From NCBI GenBank assembly GCA_013239625.1, contig MU054323.1:2964161-3028160 (forward strand): DNA of 64,000 nt, written 5' to 3'. The notes under the pieces were generated by a model, which was not told where the DNA came from, did no database searches, and saw only the letters and a list, made by a program, of their open reading frames with translations. The number at the start of each line of letters is the position of its first letter. Within the stretch, counting starts at the first letter, position 1. Below are positions 62,380 through 64,000 of the stretch, in pieces. The stretch comes from Lama guanicoe (taxonomy: Eukaryota). Made by a program: the position numbers and the translations under genes.

Positions 62380-62565
62380 TCATGTTGAGCTCAGCACCCG
62401 ACTTTTGGGGTCGGGAGGGTCATGATGATTAATCCCACCATGTAGATGGCAAATTTAAGGTGCAGAAAGGTTAAGCGATGTACCAGGTCCACCACTGATA
62501 AGAATGGAGTTCACACTTAAACCCAATTCTGTCTTAGTCCAGGTTTTATTTACTTAACCAACACT
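62380..62565 (-). mobile_element. MIR SINE
   Basis: tgtagatggcaaatttaaggtgcagaaaggttaagcga...ccaggtc...tacttaacca. Confidence 0.6.
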
Positions 62566-64000
62566 CTCACAGTCGTTACTACGGTCCAGGTGTTGTTCTG
62601 TTCTCTCATTTAATCCTTCTCGTGGCCCTGGGCTCCCCTCTTTGCTCCACTGGCACCTCCTTCAACCCCCTCGCCCTGTCTCCTTCCTGCACCACAAATG
62701 TCCTGACGGGCATCTTACGCCCAGTGACCATTCCCTGATTTACTGCACAGCCTCCCTGGGAACCAGGTGCAGGTCAGGGGGACTCTGTATGTCCCAGTTG
62801 GGCTTCCGAAGTCTATTTCACCTACTGGAGCAAGTGTGTATTCTGAACACCCTCCGTGGGCCAGGCCTGGGGCCGGGGACCGTGGATCCCAAGTCTCAGA
62901 CCCACCCTCTCTCCCCCACGACCTCGCCCAGTTCACACCCACATGCCATCTGAATGCCAGCAACCCAGTGAGCCAAGCTGGAACTTCGTGGGAGGGAAAC
63001 GTGGGGAAGTTCAGGATGCTGGCAGAGCCTGACAGGGAAGAGGGGGGATTCTGAGGTCAAACACAAGACAGGCTCAAAGGATTACATCCAGTACCTTGGT
63101 TGGCAGAAAATTGAGGTACCCACCAGACAAGGAAGTAGTTTGGGCATTTGTGATGGCATTTCTTGTTCACACCACAAGATGTAAACATCCATTCGGCAAG
63201 ACAGACAACCTCTCACCACATTTGGAAGAGTTCTTTTCACTGAATCCCATTGGCTTTTAAAACTTTTTAAAACACATTATGACTTTCCAGCTCCTTTAAA
63301 AGAGGTTAATGCAGATGGGCGCACAGACAGGACAATGGTGTCTCTCCTGTAACAGCAGAGCAAGGAAACTTCTACAGGGACTCCTGCCCACCTGCGGGGG
63401 CTGAACTCCCCTTCTGCCAGGGCTCTGTCAATTCCCCTTCCCCCTTTAAAGCTTCCTTGGAAAAGCTAACACTAAGCCAGGCACTGGGATGGCAGAGTTA
63501 GTGATGGCTACCAGGCTAGGGCCAGCCAATCTTTGGCAGGCGCAGGGTGCACGCTCGTTTGGAGGGCAGCCCCCCTCCAATCTGATCCTAGGACTCGGCT
63601 CACCATAGACACAGCACTGAGTGAGCCTCACGGTCCCCCAAGCTTCCTTGGTTCAAAGAAATACAATCTCTCTTGCTCCAGGAGAACTCTCCGCTCAAAC
63701 AGGGGGAGAGTTCGGTCATGGGTGGGGGAAGCTCGCCAGGCTTCATTTCTTCCCCACAGCCCCCACCCCCCAGATAGCCACCGTCTCCCAGGGAAGCCCA
63801 CATGGAGGGGCTGGACCTTTCGAAAGGACTCTCAGGCTGTGCAGAGTCTGAGAAACATTCTGCTACTCTTCTGGCTCTGCCATAATCCCTTTCTGATTTC
63901 TCCAGCTGCTGGAGATGGGAGTATAATGATTACCCCCACCCCAGCAGCCAGGCCCTAGGGCACAATGGTCACAATCACTCTCCAAGCACTTCTGCCTTAG

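Noticed and set aside
1..64000. ORF track as protein-coding genes
   Set aside because: All ORFs are under 180 aa, overlap on both strands, often lie in repeats and many have non-ATG starts; only the L1 ORF2 fragment resembles a known protein.

Overview
Repeat-rich mammalian (eutherian) non-coding genomic DNA, either intergenic or deep intronic. Two tRNA-derived SINEs resembling the camelid vic-1 family and cetartiodactyl-type L1 3' ends suggest a camelid; this comes from recalled consensus sequences, not a search. I recognise no protein-coding gene, structural RNA gene or CRISPR array. The only ORF with a recognisable protein match is the C-terminus of L1 ORF2 (about 42455-42795, minus). Much of the window is old MIR, L2, L1M, MaLR/ERVL LTR and hAT MITE remnants, several nested, plus a few younger L1/SINE insertions with readable target-site duplications (TSDs). 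The best leads are: repeat-free motif-dense blocks that look like enhancers (19380-19900, 27480-27790, 39520-39750, 50150-50320); three minus-strand splice-site-bounded candidate exons; a roughly 300-bp unclassified element with imperfect terminal inverted repeats (58747-59043); a permuted L1 3'UTR insertion; and two CpG-retaining patches. I found no convincing evidence of a novel biological system. Repeat family names are by eye and boundaries are approximate unless a TSD is quoted.
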